The translations under genes were made by a program, and so were the position numbers. The notes below the pieces were generated by a model. The model was given only the letters and a program-made list of their open reading frames with translations, ran no database searches and was not told where the DNA came from. A stretch of DNA of 64,000 bases, from the NCBI GenBank assembly GCA_040220235.1, contig JAVJTO010000082.1; one strand, written 5' to 3'. Positions 51,996 through 63,596 of the stretch are shown here, one piece after another (the stretch's first letter is position 1; each line of letters opens with the position of its first letter). The DNA is from Coleofasciculus sp. B1-GNL1-01. Lineage in GTDB: Bacteria > Cyanobacteriota > Cyanobacteriia > Cyanobacteriales > Coleofasciculaceae.

Positions 51996-52037
51996 TTAGA
52001 GATTACACTGGAGTGGAAAGCCAAGGCTAAGGATTAA
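51996..52037 (+). pseudogene. possible 3' remnant of a Trypco1/CU044_2847-type gene
   Basis: LEITLEWKAKAKD* ends 6 nt before the trypsin gene. L.ITLEW is the C-terminal motif I recall for this family. Confidence 0.45.
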
Positions 52038-52043
52038 AATTCC

Positions 52044-53477
52044 ATGTCTCTGGAAACACTGTTGCGGGACTGTACGGTCAAGCTTTCGCTCCCGAACCAG
52101 AGGGGCTGGGGGACGGGTTTTTTCGTGGCTCCAGGCTTGATTCTCACCTGTGCCCATGTAGTGAAAGCGCTGACAGCTCCGGGGCGGGTGCAGGTGCGAT
52201 GGCAGCAGCAGGTCAATTTTGCCGAGGCGGAGGTGGTTGAGCAGGTTCTTGAATTGGATCTGGCGCTGTTACAGTTGCTGCCTGAGACTACGAATTTGAC
52301 GGCTGGCTTACCTTGCGTTTGTCTGGATGAGGAGCTTCAGGCTGGTCAGGAATTCTATTTTTTTGGTTATCCGGATCATGATTTTGACAATGGTTGTCCG
52401 GTGACGGGTAGCTATGAGGGGCTGACGGGGGATGTGCCGCCCCTGATTAAGTTTAAGCTGGCTCAAGTGCGACCGGGTATGAGTGGATCGGCGCTGTTGA
52501 ATCGGCAGACGGGGAAGGTCTGCGGGATGGTAAAGTTTACTCGCGATCGCACTTCGGATCTGGGGGGTGGGGCAATTCCGGCGTCTGTGATTTTGCAGGG
52601 GTTTCCCCAATTGAGGCAGTTGCAGCAGGATTTTCATGACCAAAATCAACACTGGCGCGATCTGCTAACCCAAAAAGCTGAATTGAAGAATTTTTCATCT
52701 AAAGGAAAAAGTGTCTTAGGTAACTCTTTATTTAAAGTATCTAAAACGAGAGTTGTATGTGTGTTTTTCTTCCTAACTCTTAGCACTACTCTAATATTTA
52801 GATTAACAGCTCAATCTCCATTAAATCCACCTTTCGGAAGAAGTTTTTATGATGACATAGAAAAAGTAGAAGTTCAAACAGAAAATGTTGAATTTGTGAA
52901 CGTTGAGCATCTCCGCTTTGTAACCGAGGATGTGAGATTTACTAACATTGACGACGATAGACATGGGGACAGTAATTTACTTAAACAAACACTAGAAATA
53001 AGGTTTACAATCTACAACAACAGTGAATTCGAGATCAATATCTCGAATTTTCAGGTTGTTGTTTATAAAGAATACAGATCGATATTTTTAAGTTCTCGAC
53101 TTAGACGTATAGTCAATATAACTCCAGAAAATCCTTTTATAATGCAAAACATAGTTTATAGTGTAGCTCCAAAAGATAGTGAATATTTCTTGTTAAGGTA
53201 TAGAAATACAGTGGGCAATGGAATCATGAGCAGTGCTGATGTAGTTGGTGTTTTAGTGTATTATCACTCATCTTCAGGTGACGTCGGTAAGTTGAAGTCA
53301 GAAAAACTACTTCTTCTGGATTTCAATCCTTCTGAAATAGTTACATTTGATGAGTCCTACATCTTGAACAGAATTAAAGAGGTTGAAATATCTGAAGTTG
53401 ATGAACAGCAGAAGGAAAAAAAGTTAGAAGACCTACGTAGTTTGCTAAGAGATATTGTTAGACACAAAAATCTTTGA
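52044..53477 (+). CDS. trypsin-like serine protease fused to a TM segment and an unknown AT-rich C-terminal domain
   Basis: GTGFFV, LTCAHVV (His), DLALL (Asp), PGMSGS (Ser); no signal peptide. Confidence 0.85.
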   Translation: MSLETLLRDCTVKLSLPNQRGWGTGFFVAPGLILTCAHVVKALTAPGRVQVRWQQQVNFAEAEVVEQVLELDLALLQLLPETTNLTAGLPCVCLDEELQAGQEFYFFGYPDHDFDNGCPVTGSYEGLTGDVPPLIKFKLAQVRPGMSGSALLNRQTGKVCGMVKFTRDRTSDLGGGAIPASVILQGFPQLRQLQQDFHDQNQHWRDLLTQKAELKNFSSKGKSVLGNSLFKVSKTRVVCVFFFLTLSTTLIFRLTAQSPLNPPFGRSFYDDIEKVEVQTENVEFVNVEHLRFVTEDVRFTNIDDDRHGDSNLLKQTLEIRFTIYNNSEFEINISNFQVVVYKEYRSIFLSSRLRRIVNITPENPFIMQNIVYSVAPKDSEYFLLRYRNTVGNGIMSSADVVGVLVYYHSSSGDVGKLKSEKLLLLDFNPSEIVTFDESYILNRIKEVEISEVDEQQKEKKLEDLRSLLRDIVRHKNL

Positions 53478-53960
53478 TTTAATTTCTGCTTCTTTTAAGT
53501 CGGTGCAGGCAGAAGTGTGGAATCCAGTCATGAAACTTCATGCTTTATCAGACCAGTGTGTCTGGCAGTAAATCGTAGCTCTAGTGGACGCTGGATCAGC
53601 GATGGCTCAATTCCAATTGCAAATAGCGGAACTTATCCAACAATCGCTGCTCATAAAAGGCGAGAATTTCGGGTCTAAATGGTTGAAGCTCTTGCTGTCC
53701 AAGATTTTGGAATTTCCAACTATAGCGCTTCGCTCTGGTCTAGTTACACTTGATTTTTAGTAACCTCTCATCTGGACTAAGCTTCAGCCCCTGAAGTTGT
53801 AAATACACGCCTAGCGACTTGCTATAACAATTTAGCACACCAACTACGGAAGACCCGATTAAATTCATTATAGGCTGCTTCCGCTTCTGATGATTCAGCG
53901 ATCGCACTCCTGACGTTTCCACAAGGCAAAATAGTAGATACAACGTAACAGGAGGCAGAC

Positions 53961-54221
53961 ATGACACTCAATGAACTCTTGCCAGCCATTTATCAACTCA
54001 ACCCTACCGACAAGCAAAAACTGTTCGAGCTTCTCGATCGCGAACTGCACCTAACCCTCCACACACCCGCCCCAGAACTCCAACCCGAAAACTTTGAAAA
54101 CGAAGGTCAGTGGCTCATCGCAGTCTTTGATCGACACTTCAGCCAAATCGAATCTAACGAAATTCCCATCGAGCCACGGGAACCCATCCGAGTTGACGAA
54201 ACCCTATTTGGCGAACCATGA
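53961..54221 (+). CDS. putative antitoxin (orphaned)
   Basis: 86-aa acidic protein whose stop overlaps (ATGA) a VapC start. Confidence 0.6.
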   Translation: MTLNELLPAIYQLNPTDKQKLFELLDRELHLTLHTPAPELQPENFENEGQWLIAVFDRHFSQIESNEIPIEPREPIRVDETLFGEP

Positions 54222-54313
54222 AAATCATTCTCGACACCAACGTGATTTCGGAACTCATTCATTGGACAACAATAGCTTTAACCATTTTTACCCGGATTTC
54301 AAGAGAGTTTTGA
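54218..54313 (+). pseudogene. N-terminal remnant of a VapC/PIN toxin
   Basis: Reads MKIILDTNVISELI, then unrelated sequence and a stop at codon 32. Confidence 0.8.
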
Positions 54314-54436
54314 GGCGATTAAAAGCTACAGTCCTTGTTTGGCAAGCTCATCCTCACCGCAGACATTCAATTCTCGTTAAGTTTATCATGGAGGGTGATA
54401 GAATCTCGAAGCGGGATAAATTGAGGAAAATCACCG

Positions 54437-54679
54437 ATGCAAATTACCATCGACCTACCGCCAGATCTCGAACAAGACCTCATTCATCAAGCCACACAAT
54501 CTAATATTCCCCTGCCTACTTTAATTGTGCAAGTGTTACGCCACACCATGCAAACGCCACCCATTTCAGTGTCCCAATGGCCAGAGGCGATTTTGTCTTA
54601 TCAAGGAATCCCTGACTTCCCCGCTTTCGAGTCCTATCGGGATGAATTGCTTCCCCCTCGCGAACCGGAAATTTTCTAA
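54437..54679 (+). CDS. antitoxin (VapB-like)
   Basis: MQITIDLPPDLEQDL RHH-like start; FESYRDELLPP tail; coupled to VapC. Confidence 0.75.
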   Translation: MQITIDLPPDLEQDLIHQATQSNIPLPTLIVQVLRHTMQTPPISVSQWPEAILSYQGIPDFPAFESYRDELLPPREPEIF

Positions 54680-55083
54680 TGCAATACCTCCTTGATACCT
54701 GTGTTATCAGTGACTTCATCAAAGGCGAACCAGGTACTCAAAGCAGAATCACGCAAACCGCCCCAATCAACATTGCTGTTTCCTCAATTACAGTGATGGA
54801 ACTCAACTATGGTTTAACCCTCAATCCACAACGGGCAGAAAAAATCAAACCCATTATTCTCAGTTTTCTGTCTTCTGTGACGATTCTCCCTTTCACAACT
54901 GCCGAAGCTGAAAAGGCGGCTGAGATTCGTGCCGTACTCAAATCTCAAGGACAGCCAATTGGGGCTTATGATGTCTTGATTGCTGCCACCGCACTGGAAC
55001 ATCAACTGATAATGATTACCGCCAACCAACGAGAATTTAATCGCGTTGTTGGTCTTCAAACTGAGAATTGGCGACAGACCTAG
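54679..55083 (+). CDS. vapC: VapC-family PIN toxin
   Basis: YLLDTCVISD, SSITVMEL, IGAYDVLIAATAL, TANQREF..V.GL..ENW. Confidence 0.93.
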   Translation: MQYLLDTCVISDFIKGEPGTQSRITQTAPINIAVSSITVMELNYGLTLNPQRAEKIKPIILSFLSSVTILPFTTAEAEKAAEIRAVLKSQGQPIGAYDVLIAATALEHQLIMITANQREFNRVVGLQTENWRQT

Positions 55084-55256
55084 CTAGATGGTTTCTCCGA
55101 TGTGGGTGGGGGCAAGAAACCGGGTTTCTGCGATAGATTTCGGTGAGGATGCAGAGATTGTTATAGAAACCTTGGTAGTCAGCGCTGTAGTGTTTATGGC
55201 GCTAAAGCGCAACTACGAACTTAACACGAACTTAAATTAAGGCGTGGGACGTTCAC

Positions 55257-56711
55257 TTATTCAACACTGTGGTTAAATGCTTGGAATTGTTCCTGAGTAA
55301 TCCGCCCCGCTTGATACAAGGTTTGGGTAATTTCTGAAATCGTTAACACGGAATGCGCCTGATAACCATTGTCCTTCAATCTATCTTTTACCCCCCCTTC
55401 GTGATCAATAAATACGACAATATCCTGTACGTTTAATCCCCCTGTCTCCAACTTTGCCGCCCCTTCCATTACACTCTTGCCACTAATCAAAATATCATCG
55501 ACCACAACTACTGTTTCCCCTGGCTCAAAATGACCCTCAATCACCCGTCGCGTCCCATGGGCTTTCACTTCCTTACGGGGGAAAATCATCGGGTGATGCA
55601 GGCGCAGGGATAACCCGGTGGCGGTAGGTAATGAACCGTAAGGAATCCCGGCAATCCGGTCAAAGGTTAAATCTTGCAGAATCTCGGCATAAGCACTCAG
55701 CATTAGATGGAAAAGTTGGGGATTGGAGATAACTTTCCGTAAATCAATATAGTAGGGAAAAACGGCTCCAGATGCTTGGACAAATTCGCCAAATAAAATA
55801 CAACCCATGTCATACAGTTGGAGAATTAAATCCTGATGGGGATGTTGTTCGAGAAAACAGACGTCGGGCGTCCATAACTCACAAGTCGAACCCTGTTGAA
55901 TCTTTTGCCTTCTTGCCTGATTAATTTCCTCTCGCAGAGGTTGTATGGCGGCGGCGGGTTCCTCTGTGGCTAACATATCCTGGGGAACGGGAATTAATAA
56001 CCCCTCGCCATTGGCATTTAACCCAGCCGCTAAAATTTGGTTGAGTTCAGCACCCCCCTCCGCCCAGATACTCCGGGCTAAAATTAAGCGTTCTGGGGCA
56101 ATTGCCCGAATTTTTGCCAATACGTCTGGTGAGGTTGTGCCAACTTCTAGGGCTAAATCTTCCGGTGCGCCCCAGGTTTTGGCTTCCTTCACGACTTGCA
56201 GGTAAAGGGGGGTTTGGGGTTGGGGATACTGCTGAATCGCCACAGCCGCCGGATTGGAGGTGCAGCAGAGAATAAAGACGGCTTTACCAGGATAAATTAA
56301 AAAAGGAGCAACGTGGTCTTGTCCAGAATAAGGACTCAGTGTCACGGCATCCACCCGCGATCGCGTAAAAATGGTTTCGGCAAAGACGGTGCTAGTGTTT
56401 AAGTCACCATGTTTGGCATCTAAAATAATCGGGATGGAGTCAGGAATCGCCGCGAGTGTCTGTTCTAATAAGTTGAGTCCTGGTGCGCCCAAGGCTTTGT
56501 AAAAGCCAAATGTGGGCTTATAGGCACAGACTAAATGGGCGGTTTGCTGGATAATTACGTGCAGCCAATCTCTTAACCCATCAATGGGATCACCGGAGTA
56601 TTCTCCGGTGGAGTAACGCTTGGGCATCATTTCCGGGTTAGGATCGAGTCCAACTACCAGTAAACTTTGATTCTGTGCGATCGCATGATTGAGTTTCTCA
56701 AAAAAGCTCAT
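55257..56711 (-). CDS. pyrF/pyrE: bifunctional orotidine-5'-phosphate decarboxylase / orotate phosphoribosyltransferase
   Basis: VGLDP, AYKP, LDAKHGD, TSNP, then YYIDLR, RKEVKAHG and VVVDDILISG. The start overlaps the stop of the upstream phosphatase. Confidence 0.95.
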   Translation of the reverse strand: MSFFEKLNHAIAQNQSLLVVGLDPNPEMMPKRYSTGEYSGDPIDGLRDWLHVIIQQTAHLVCAYKPTFGFYKALGAPGLNLLEQTLAAIPDSIPIILDAKHGDLNTSTVFAETIFTRSRVDAVTLSPYSGQDHVAPFLIYPGKAVFILCCTSNPAAVAIQQYPQPQTPLYLQVVKEAKTWGAPEDLALEVGTTSPDVLAKIRAIAPERLILARSIWAEGGAELNQILAAGLNANGEGLLIPVPQDMLATEEPAAAIQPLREEINQARRQKIQQGSTCELWTPDVCFLEQHPHQDLILQLYDMGCILFGEFVQASGAVFPYYIDLRKVISNPQLFHLMLSAYAEILQDLTFDRIAGIPYGSLPTATGLSLRLHHPMIFPRKEVKAHGTRRVIEGHFEPGETVVVVDDILISGKSVMEGAAKLETGGLNVQDIVVFIDHEGGVKDRLKDNGYQAHSVLTISEITQTLYQAGRITQEQFQAFNHSVE

Positions 56712-57208
56712 TGGACTTTGCCCTTGGCGGGTAGGGAATAGGTCTTCATCACATACTCCAATAATCCCTCGCAAGCATCGAAGAGTAAATCGATCACCTG
56801 GTTAAATCCCTCTGGACCCCCATAGTAGGGATCAGGAACATCTTGTATCCGATAACGAGTGGCAAAGTCACACATTAATCGCACCTTATCCCGATACTGT
56901 ACTGAAGCGTCTAGGAACCGAATATCCCGTAAATTCTCCCGATCCATCGCCAAAATCAGGTCGAACGCTTCAAAATCAGGGATTTGAAACTGTCGGGCTT
57001 TGCCCTTAAGGATGATTCCCCGTTGGCTGGCGGCGAGAGTCATGCGTTCATCGGGAGGAGAACCAATATGATAATCACCTGTCCCTGCTGAGTCACAGAC
57101 AATACTCTCCTGTAGTTCCGCTTGTTCAATTAAGTAATTCATAATGTTCTCGGCGGAGGGAGAACGGCAAATATTACCAAGGCAGACAAAGAGTAGCTTG
57201 CAGGGCAT
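56708..57208 (-). CDS. low-molecular-weight protein-tyrosine phosphatase
   Basis: FVCLGNICRS, DSAGT, DVPDPYYG. Confidence 0.96.
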   Translation of the reverse strand: MPCKLLFVCLGNICRSPSAENIMNYLIEQAELQESIVCDSAGTGDYHIGSPPDERMTLAASQRGIILKGKARQFQIPDFEAFDLILAMDRENLRDIRFLDASVQYRDKVRLMCDFATRYRIQDVPDPYYGGPEGFNQVIDLLFDACEGLLEYVMKTYSLPAKGKVQ

Positions 57209-57356
57209 AGGTATAATGGATAGTTCTGTACAAATATGGATTTTAACCCACGCTCAGATGTAACCCTGCCATTTTAATGTCAGTCTTATGACCCCATCCG
57301 TGTTAAGTTTAGCAACGCAGCCGCCCGATTCTGTGATGATTTGAGGAAAGTATTTG

Positions 57357-58730
57357 ATGTTCAAGTCGCGCCGCCGTCGCACCTACCGTAAGCGCCGCCG
57401 CCCCTTCCCGTTGCTCACGATCATTTTAGCGATTCCGATTATCTTAATTCTCCTAGAATTATCCACTCGGCTGTTGGTTGGTGTCATGGGCAAAACCGCT
57501 GAGTTAGCCGCTTACGAGGGTGAACCAGCGATCGTGAATGTTTACCGCCTCAAGTTTTTGAATGAAAATGACCAGCCTTACGAGGGTTTATCCGAACAGG
57601 GGCGACTTGCTGCCCACCGTAGTCTCGCTGTGGGCTATCAGCTTGAAGGTGAGCAAACCAGCAATTTTTGGCAGATTAATCCCCAAGGATTCCGCGATAC
57701 TGAACCTGTTCCCCTAGACAAACCCAACAATGAATTTCGGATTTTTTTGCTGGGAGGATCAACCGCATTCGGTCAATGGAATCCCAGTAATCAAGCCACG
57801 ATCGCAGCTCAACTGGAAGCACGTCTGAAGGAACGGGTTGCTCAACAACAGCGTTCTCCGGAGAAATATCGACCCACAGATCTGCCCTTCTATAAACCGG
57901 ATTTAGAAAAGGCGTTGGCGTTGCCTCCTAAAATTAAAGATGGTCAATATCGGGTGATTAATGCGGCTGTACCGGGGTATGCATCAGGGAATGAATTGGC
58001 TCAGTTAGCGTTGCAGATTTTGCCCTATCAACCCGATGCGATCGTGGTTTTGGATGGATACATGGACTTGCTCCTACCGAGCGATCGCATGGCAACGGAC
58101 ATTCCCCATATTGAAACCTTTCTTAGTAATGCCTCTGGGCATTTTTGGACGCACCTCTCCCAAGAGTTATCCTCTGTGGTGACAAATACCTATCTGATTA
58201 AAGCCATCCAATACTGGATAGTACGTCCCCAACCCTCGGTGAGTCGCCTGAGTTTAGCGGCGTTGAATGGTACAGCCCACCTAGCCAACTATCTTCCCCC
58301 TGACTCAGAGGAACTGCAAGAACGAGTTACCCGTTATCGCGATCGCCACAAGCAAATGATTCGCTTGGCAACTGGGGCATCTGTTCCTTTAATTATTGCC
58401 ATACAACCCGAAATTACGGGTCGTGGGGGTAATCAACAGATTTCACTCAGAGAGCAGGAAATTTTGGTTGAATTGGGAGCAGACTACCAGACACGCATCC
58501 AAGATGCCTATATCGCTTTAGCTAAATCACTGGCTCAGCTTCAAAGCTGGTATCCCGACAATGTTAAAACGCTCAACTTCTACAACATTTATAACGATTT
58601 TTCTGATCGGGCGTTTTGGGATGCGATTCATTTGACTGAAGAAGCCAACCGCATCTTATCTGAGCGCTTATACCAAACGCTGACGGCTTCATCTGAGCTG
58701 CAAGTGCCACCGTCCCGACCTATACCTTAG
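57357..58730 (+). CDS. SGNH/GDSL hydrolase family membrane-anchored protein
   Basis: LGGSTAFG, INAAVPG, DAIH; N-terminal TM helix. Confidence 0.85.
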   Translation: MFKSRRRRTYRKRRRPFPLLTIILAIPIILILLELSTRLLVGVMGKTAELAAYEGEPAIVNVYRLKFLNENDQPYEGLSEQGRLAAHRSLAVGYQLEGEQTSNFWQINPQGFRDTEPVPLDKPNNEFRIFLLGGSTAFGQWNPSNQATIAAQLEARLKERVAQQQRSPEKYRPTDLPFYKPDLEKALALPPKIKDGQYRVINAAVPGYASGNELAQLALQILPYQPDAIVVLDGYMDLLLPSDRMATDIPHIETFLSNASGHFWTHLSQELSSVVTNTYLIKAIQYWIVRPQPSVSRLSLAALNGTAHLANYLPPDSEELQERVTRYRDRHKQMIRLATGASVPLIIAIQPEITGRGGNQQISLREQEILVELGADYQTRIQDAYIALAKSLAQLQSWYPDNVKTLNFYNIYNDFSDRAFWDAIHLTEEANRILSERLYQTLTASSELQVPPSRPIP

Positions 58731-58815
58731 GGGCTGCTGAATAAGTTGTGGGGTTGTAGAGACTCCTCCGGTGGAACGTTTGGGAGATGGGGAAGATGGG
58801 AAAAAGTGTTAACCT

Positions 58816-59001
58816 ATGCCTTACAGTCAATTTACTATCGGCAAAGTCAAAGAAGAATTTAACCTAACAACTGTTGAAGGGGTGCGCTTTTTCCCAAACT
58901 CCTTAGAACCCATCACACCAAGTTCCAGACTGCAAGGCATTTTAGAGGATTTACCCTGGGCGATCGCGGTTGATACCGAAAAAGCCCGCTCCTGCGGCTA
59001 A
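58816..59001 (+). pseudogene. truncated member of a cyanobacterial hypothetical family (MPYSQFT...TEKARSE type)
   Basis: The family resemblance stops abruptly at TEKARS. Full-length members are recalled as about 200 aa. Confidence 0.6.
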
Positions 59002-59391
59002 AAGCGCGAATGTGAGAATGGCAACGGCGAGAAATGTCGCGCTTCGCCGAAAGAAGGTTTCGTATTTGATTGTCTGCATGATTATGATTGCGTAGAAATA
59101 TTAAGCTTTGTTAATTATTATCATAAATTTTGGCTGGAGTGGTTGACAAAACCCGCATTTTGTCAACAGGATTTGACGTGGAAAAATGGCACTCAAAAAC
59201 CAGCCTGACTTGAATGGTCTTGATGAGCTTTCCGAATTGAAAGGAGAAAACGACCGATTGGCCATACCATAGGTTGATGGCTTGATGTAGAGCGCGTTGT
59301 AAACTAAATGATGTAATTATTCTGCGAGCGTAACTAATGATTTGGCTTGTCCCGCAGTTTTCATCAATTACAGTTCAACCACATTTGGCGT

Positions 59392-62124
59392 ATGAACAAT
59401 TTAGAAAACCCCCAAGATAATCAATGGCATTCTTTAGCCGTTGCAGAAACCTTAGAGCGAGTTCAACTCAATCGCCAACAAGGGTTAAGCCAAGCTGAAG
59501 TTCGAGAACGGAAAAATAAATTTGGTTCTAATACCATCGAAGCCAAAGGGGGCAAAAATCCAGTTCTCAAGTTTTTAGAACAATTTAATCAACCGCTCCT
59601 TTATATATTGATTCTTGCCGGGATTGTTAAAGCTTTTTTAAATGAATGGACAAATGCTTGGGTGATTTGGGGCGTTGTCTTTATTAATGCTGTTGTCGGC
59701 TTTGTCCAAGAAATGAAAGCTGAAAACGCGATCGCGGCCTTATCTTCTTCTGTTCAAACCGATGCAACCGTTCGCCGCGATAGCAATAAAACCACCGTTT
59801 ATTCAGCCGAATTAGTGCCGGGGGATTTGGTCTTTTTAACCTCTGGTGATAAAGTCCCGGCAGATTTACGCTTAATTGAAGTCAAAAACTTACAAGTGAA
59901 TGAATCGGCATTAACCGGGGAATCAACGGCAGTCGAAAAAAACACCGAAGCCGTTGCGGTTAATACCCCCTTAGCCGAACGTCACAGTATGGCTTATGCG
60001 GGCAGTTTTGTCACCGCAGGTCAAGCCCAAGGGGTCGTGATTGCCATTGGGAAAAACACCGAAACCGGGCGTATTTCTCAATTAATGGACAAACAAGCTA
60101 ATCTGATTACTCCCCTCACCCGTAAATTCGATAAATTTAGCCGCCAACTGCTCTACGTTATTTTAGGCGTTGCCACCTTTACCTTTGTTGTCGGTTTGGG
60201 TTATGGAGAAGCCTGGACATCGATGTTTGAAGCGGCCATTGCTTTGGCTGTGAGTGCCATTCCCGAAGGTTTACCCGCCGTGGTCACCATTGCCCTAGCC
60301 ATTGGGGTGTCGCGCATGGCCAATCGTCACGCCATTATCCGCAAATTACCCGCCGTCGAAACCCTGGGAAGCGCTACGGTTATTTGTTCGGACAAAACCG
60401 GAACCCTGACAGAAAACCAAATGACGGTGCAAAGCATCTATGCAGGCAATCAACATTATCGCGTGTCGGGAAGCGGTTACACTCCCGAAGGCCAAATTTC
60501 CCAAGACGAACAAACCGTTAAGGTTGAAAAAACCCCTGTTCTCAAAGATTGTCTGATTGCAGGTTTGCTTTGTAATGACTCCCATGTAGACAAACAGGAA
60601 GACACTTGGAAGGTAGTCGGTGACCCCACCGAAGGTGCATTGATTACCGCCGCACGCAAAGCCGGATTTTGGGCGAACGATCTAGAAGAAAAGCAACCCC
60701 GCTTAGATACCATTCCCTTTGAATCCGAGCATCAGTATATGGCTACCTTGCACGAAGATAAACAGCAAGGGGAGAAAGTGGTTTATTTGAAAGGGTCAGT
60801 CGAAGCGGTGTTGTCTCGGTGCGAGGCGGTTTTAGATGCCGATGCTCGTCCTCAAGCCCTCAACGCCGCGCAAATCCACGAAATTGTCGAAACCATGGCC
60901 GCAGAAGGCTTGCGCGTTTTGGCGTTAGCTCGTAAAACCGTTCAGCAAAACGTAATTGAGCCAGAAGATATCAATAGCGGGTTTCAATTTTTGGGCTTGC
61001 AGGGCATGATCGATCCGCCTCGTCCCGAAGCGATTAAAGCTGTAGAAGCCTGTAAAAACGCCGGAATCCGCGTCAAAATGATTACGGGGGATCATAAGGT
61101 CACAGCGAAGGCGATCGCGCTGCAAATGCGCTTAAAACGCCAAGGAGAGACGATCGCGTTTACGGGTCAAGAACTCTCGGAGATGAATGAAACCGAGTTA
61201 GCCAATGCAGTAGAAGATGGGGTTGTGTTTGCTCGCGTCGCTCCCGAACAAAAATTGCGCCTGGTTGAAGCTTTACAATCTAAAGGCGATGTGGTGGCAA
61301 TGACTGGGGATGGGGTGAATGATGCTCCGGCGCTCAAAAGCGCGGATATTGGCATTGCTATGGGGAAAGCGGGAACCGAAGTGGCTAAAGAAGCGGCGGA
61401 TATGATTCTCACCGATGATAACTTTGCTTCGATTGAAGCGGCGGTAGAAGAAGGACGCACAGTGTATCGCAACTTAATGAAAGCGATCGCGTTTATTCTA
61501 CCGGTGAATGGGGGCGAGTCGATGACGATTTTTATTAGTGTATTACTGGCTCGCGCTGAGTTTCTGCCGATTTTATCGTTGCAAGTGCTGTGGCTGAATA
61601 TGGTGAACTCTATTGCCATGACGGTTCCTTTGGCTTTTGAACCGAAAGCCAATAATGTCATGCAACAACCGCCTTTATCGCCTCATCAACCGTTACTCAA
61701 TCGCAGTTTAATTAAACGCATTGTGCTAATTTCGCTGTTTAATTGGATTGTGATTTTTGGCGTTTTTGAGTGGATTCGCACGACCACGGGCAATATCGAT
61801 TTAGCCCGGACGATGGCGATTCAAGCTTTAGTGGCCGGACGGATTTTTTACTTACTCAGTTTGAGTCAAATCGGGCTGACCTTGTGGGGGAAACTGCGCG
61901 GTCGCGTCGATCGCGTTGCGTCTGTACCGATGATTTGGGTGGGGATTGGCGTAACGATTGTTTTGCAGGCGATTTTCAGTCAATGGGGCGTGATGAATAA
62001 CTTGTTTGCCACTTACCCGTTGAATCTGAATCAATGGCTGATTTGTTTGGTTATTGGACTGCCGATTGTAGTGGTGGCCGCGATCGCCAACCGCATTGAT
62101 CCACCGAATGTCAGTCAGCAGTAG
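59392..62124 (+). CDS. cation-transporting P-type ATPase (type IIA, PacL/Pma1-like)
   Basis: [35 protein letters not shown]. Confidence 0.96.
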   Translation: MNNLENPQDNQWHSLAVAETLERVQLNRQQGLSQAEVRERKNKFGSNTIEAKGGKNPVLKFLEQFNQPLLYILILAGIVKAFLNEWTNAWVIWGVVFINAVVGFVQEMKAENAIAALSSSVQTDATVRRDSNKTTVYSAELVPGDLVFLTSGDKVPADLRLIEVKNLQVNESALTGESTAVEKNTEAVAVNTPLAERHSMAYAGSFVTAGQAQGVVIAIGKNTETGRISQLMDKQANLITPLTRKFDKFSRQLLYVILGVATFTFVVGLGYGEAWTSMFEAAIALAVSAIPEGLPAVVTIALAIGVSRMANRHAIIRKLPAVETLGSATVICSDKTGTLTENQMTVQSIYAGNQHYRVSGSGYTPEGQISQDEQTVKVEKTPVLKDCLIAGLLCNDSHVDKQEDTWKVVGDPTEGALITAARKAGFWANDLEEKQPRLDTIPFESEHQYMATLHEDKQQGEKVVYLKGSVEAVLSRCEAVLDADARPQALNAAQIHEIVETMAAEGLRVLALARKTVQQNVIEPEDINSGFQFLGLQGMIDPPRPEAIKAVEACKNAGIRVKMITGDHKVTAKAIALQMRLKRQGETIAFTGQELSEMNETELANAVEDGVVFARVAPEQKLRLVEALQSKGDVVAMTGDGVNDAPALKSADIGIAMGKAGTEVAKEAADMILTDDNFASIEAAVEEGRTVYRNLMKAIAFILPVNGGESMTIFISVLLARAEFLPILSLQVLWLNMVNSIAMTVPLAFEPKANNVMQQPPLSPHQPLLNRSLIKRIVLISLFNWIVIFGVFEWIRTTTGNIDLARTMAIQALVAGRIFYLLSLSQIGLTLWGKLRGRVDRVASVPMIWVGIGVTIVLQAIFSQWGVMNNLFATYPLNLNQWLICLVIGLPIVVVAAIANRIDPPNVSQQ

Positions 62125-62146
62125 CTCAGAAGAATGTGTTTGATAC

Positions 62147-62176
62147 AAAAAAGCTCCTGTCTAGACAGGAGCTTTC
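62147..62176. terminator. bidirectional intrinsic terminator
   Basis: AAAAAAGCTCCTGT-CTAG-ACAGGAGCTTT between the convergent ATPase and psbC genes. Confidence 0.85.
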
Positions 62177-62210
62177 AAGTTAATTAACGTTCAACTGATG
62201 AAATGGAAAC

Positions 62211-63596
62211 CTAGTCCAGATCACCCATAAACAATACTGGCTCACTCTCACGGTCAATACCTTTTTCAAATCCAGCAACAGCCGCACGAGCGCGACCCGC
62301 ATGCCAGAGGTGACCGACTAAGAAGAAGAATCCTAAGATAAAGTGAGCCGCCGCCAACCATGCACGGGGATTAACGTAGTTAAACCCGTTCATTTCCGTG
62401 ATGATGCCACCAACGGAGTTGATCGAACCGTTCGGTGCATGGGTCATGTATTCAGCCGCACGGCGCAGTTGCCAAGGCTGAATATCATTTCTCAGCTTGT
62501 CTACATCCAGTCCGTTAGGACCACGTAGGGGTTCTAACCAAGGACCTTGGAAGTCCCAGAAGCGCATGGTTTCACCACCGAAGATGATTTCTCCAGTGGG
62601 AGAGCGCATCAGGTATTTACCTAGACCAGTAGGACCTTGAGCAGAAGCAATGTTTGCCCCTAACCGTTGGTCACGCGCTAAGAAAACGAAGGACTGAGCC
62701 TGAGATGCTTCAGCGTTGGTTGGACCATAGAATTCGCTGGGATAAGCGGTGTTATTGAACCAAACAAACGCTGATGCGATAAAGCCCATCAGGGACAACG
62801 CACCTAAGCTGTAGGAGAGATAAGCTTCTCCAGACCAGATGAAGGCGCGACGTGCCCAACCAAAGGGCTTGGTGAGAATGTGGAAGATACCGCCAGAAAT
62901 ACAGATCAGACCGATCCAAATATGTCCGCCGATAATATCTTCCATGTTGTTGACGCCGATGATCCAACCTTCTCCACCAAAGGGAGAGGTGGTTAGATAA
63001 CCGAAGATCACGGCTGGGTTTAGCGTTGGGTTGGTGATGATCCGCACGTCACCACCGCCGGGTGCCCAAGAATCATAAACACCACCCACAAACATGGCTT
63101 TGATTACGAGCAGTAAAGCACCGAGACCTAAAACAATCAGGTGGAACCCGATGATTGTGGTCATCTTGTTCTTATCTTTCCAGTCGTAACCAAAGAAGGC
63201 GGAATACTCTTCTAAGGTTTCTGGACCACGAACGGCGTGATAGATACCGCCGAGACCCAGAACGGCAGAGGAAATGATGTGCAGCACCCCAACGACAAAG
63301 TAGGGGAATGTATCAATCACTTCACCACCGGGACCTACACCCCAACCTAGGGTAGCTAGGTGAGGTAAAAGAATTGCGCCCTGTTCATACATGGGCTTTT
63401 CGGGAATAAAGTGGGCAACTTCAAATAAAGTCATTGCCCCAGCCCAGAAGACAATCAGTCCAGCATGGGCAACATGAGCCCCCAGTAATTTACCGGAGAG
63501 GTTGATCAAACGGGCATTACCCGCCCACCAGGCAAAACCTGATGATTGTTGGTCGCGGTTTCCCGCCACCATGGAACTACTAGAGAGCGTTACCAC
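62211..63596 (-). CDS. psbC: photosystem II CP43 protein
   Basis: [27 protein letters not shown]...[11 protein letters not shown]. The GTG start at 63596 overlaps the psbD 3' end, as is standard. Confidence 0.99.
   Translation of the reverse strand: MVTLSSSSMVAGNRDQQSSGFAWWAGNARLINLSGKLLGAHVAHAGLIVFWAGAMTLFEVAHFIPEKPMYEQGAILLPHLATLGWGVGPGGEVIDTFPYFVVGVLHIISSAVLGLGGIYHAVRGPETLEEYSAFFGYDWKDKNKMTTIIGFHLIVLGLGALLLVIKAMFVGGVYDSWAPGGGDVRIITNPTLNPAVIFGYLTTSPFGGEGWIIGVNNMEDIIGGHIWIGLICISGGIFHILTKPFGWARRAFIWSGEAYLSYSLGALSLMGFIASAFVWFNNTAYPSEFYGPTNAEASQAQSFVFLARDQRLGANIASAQGPTGLGKYLMRSPTGEIIFGGETMRFWDFQGPWLEPLRGPNGLDVDKLRNDIQPWQLRRAAEYMTHAPNGSINSVGGIITEMNGFNYVNPRAWLAAAHFILGFFFLVGHLWHAGRARAAVAGFEKGIDRESEPVLFMGDLD

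Noticed and set aside
59200..59390. Possible metal/cation riboswitch before the P-type ATPase
   Set aside because: No yybP-ykoY or other recognisable consensus could be seen by eye.
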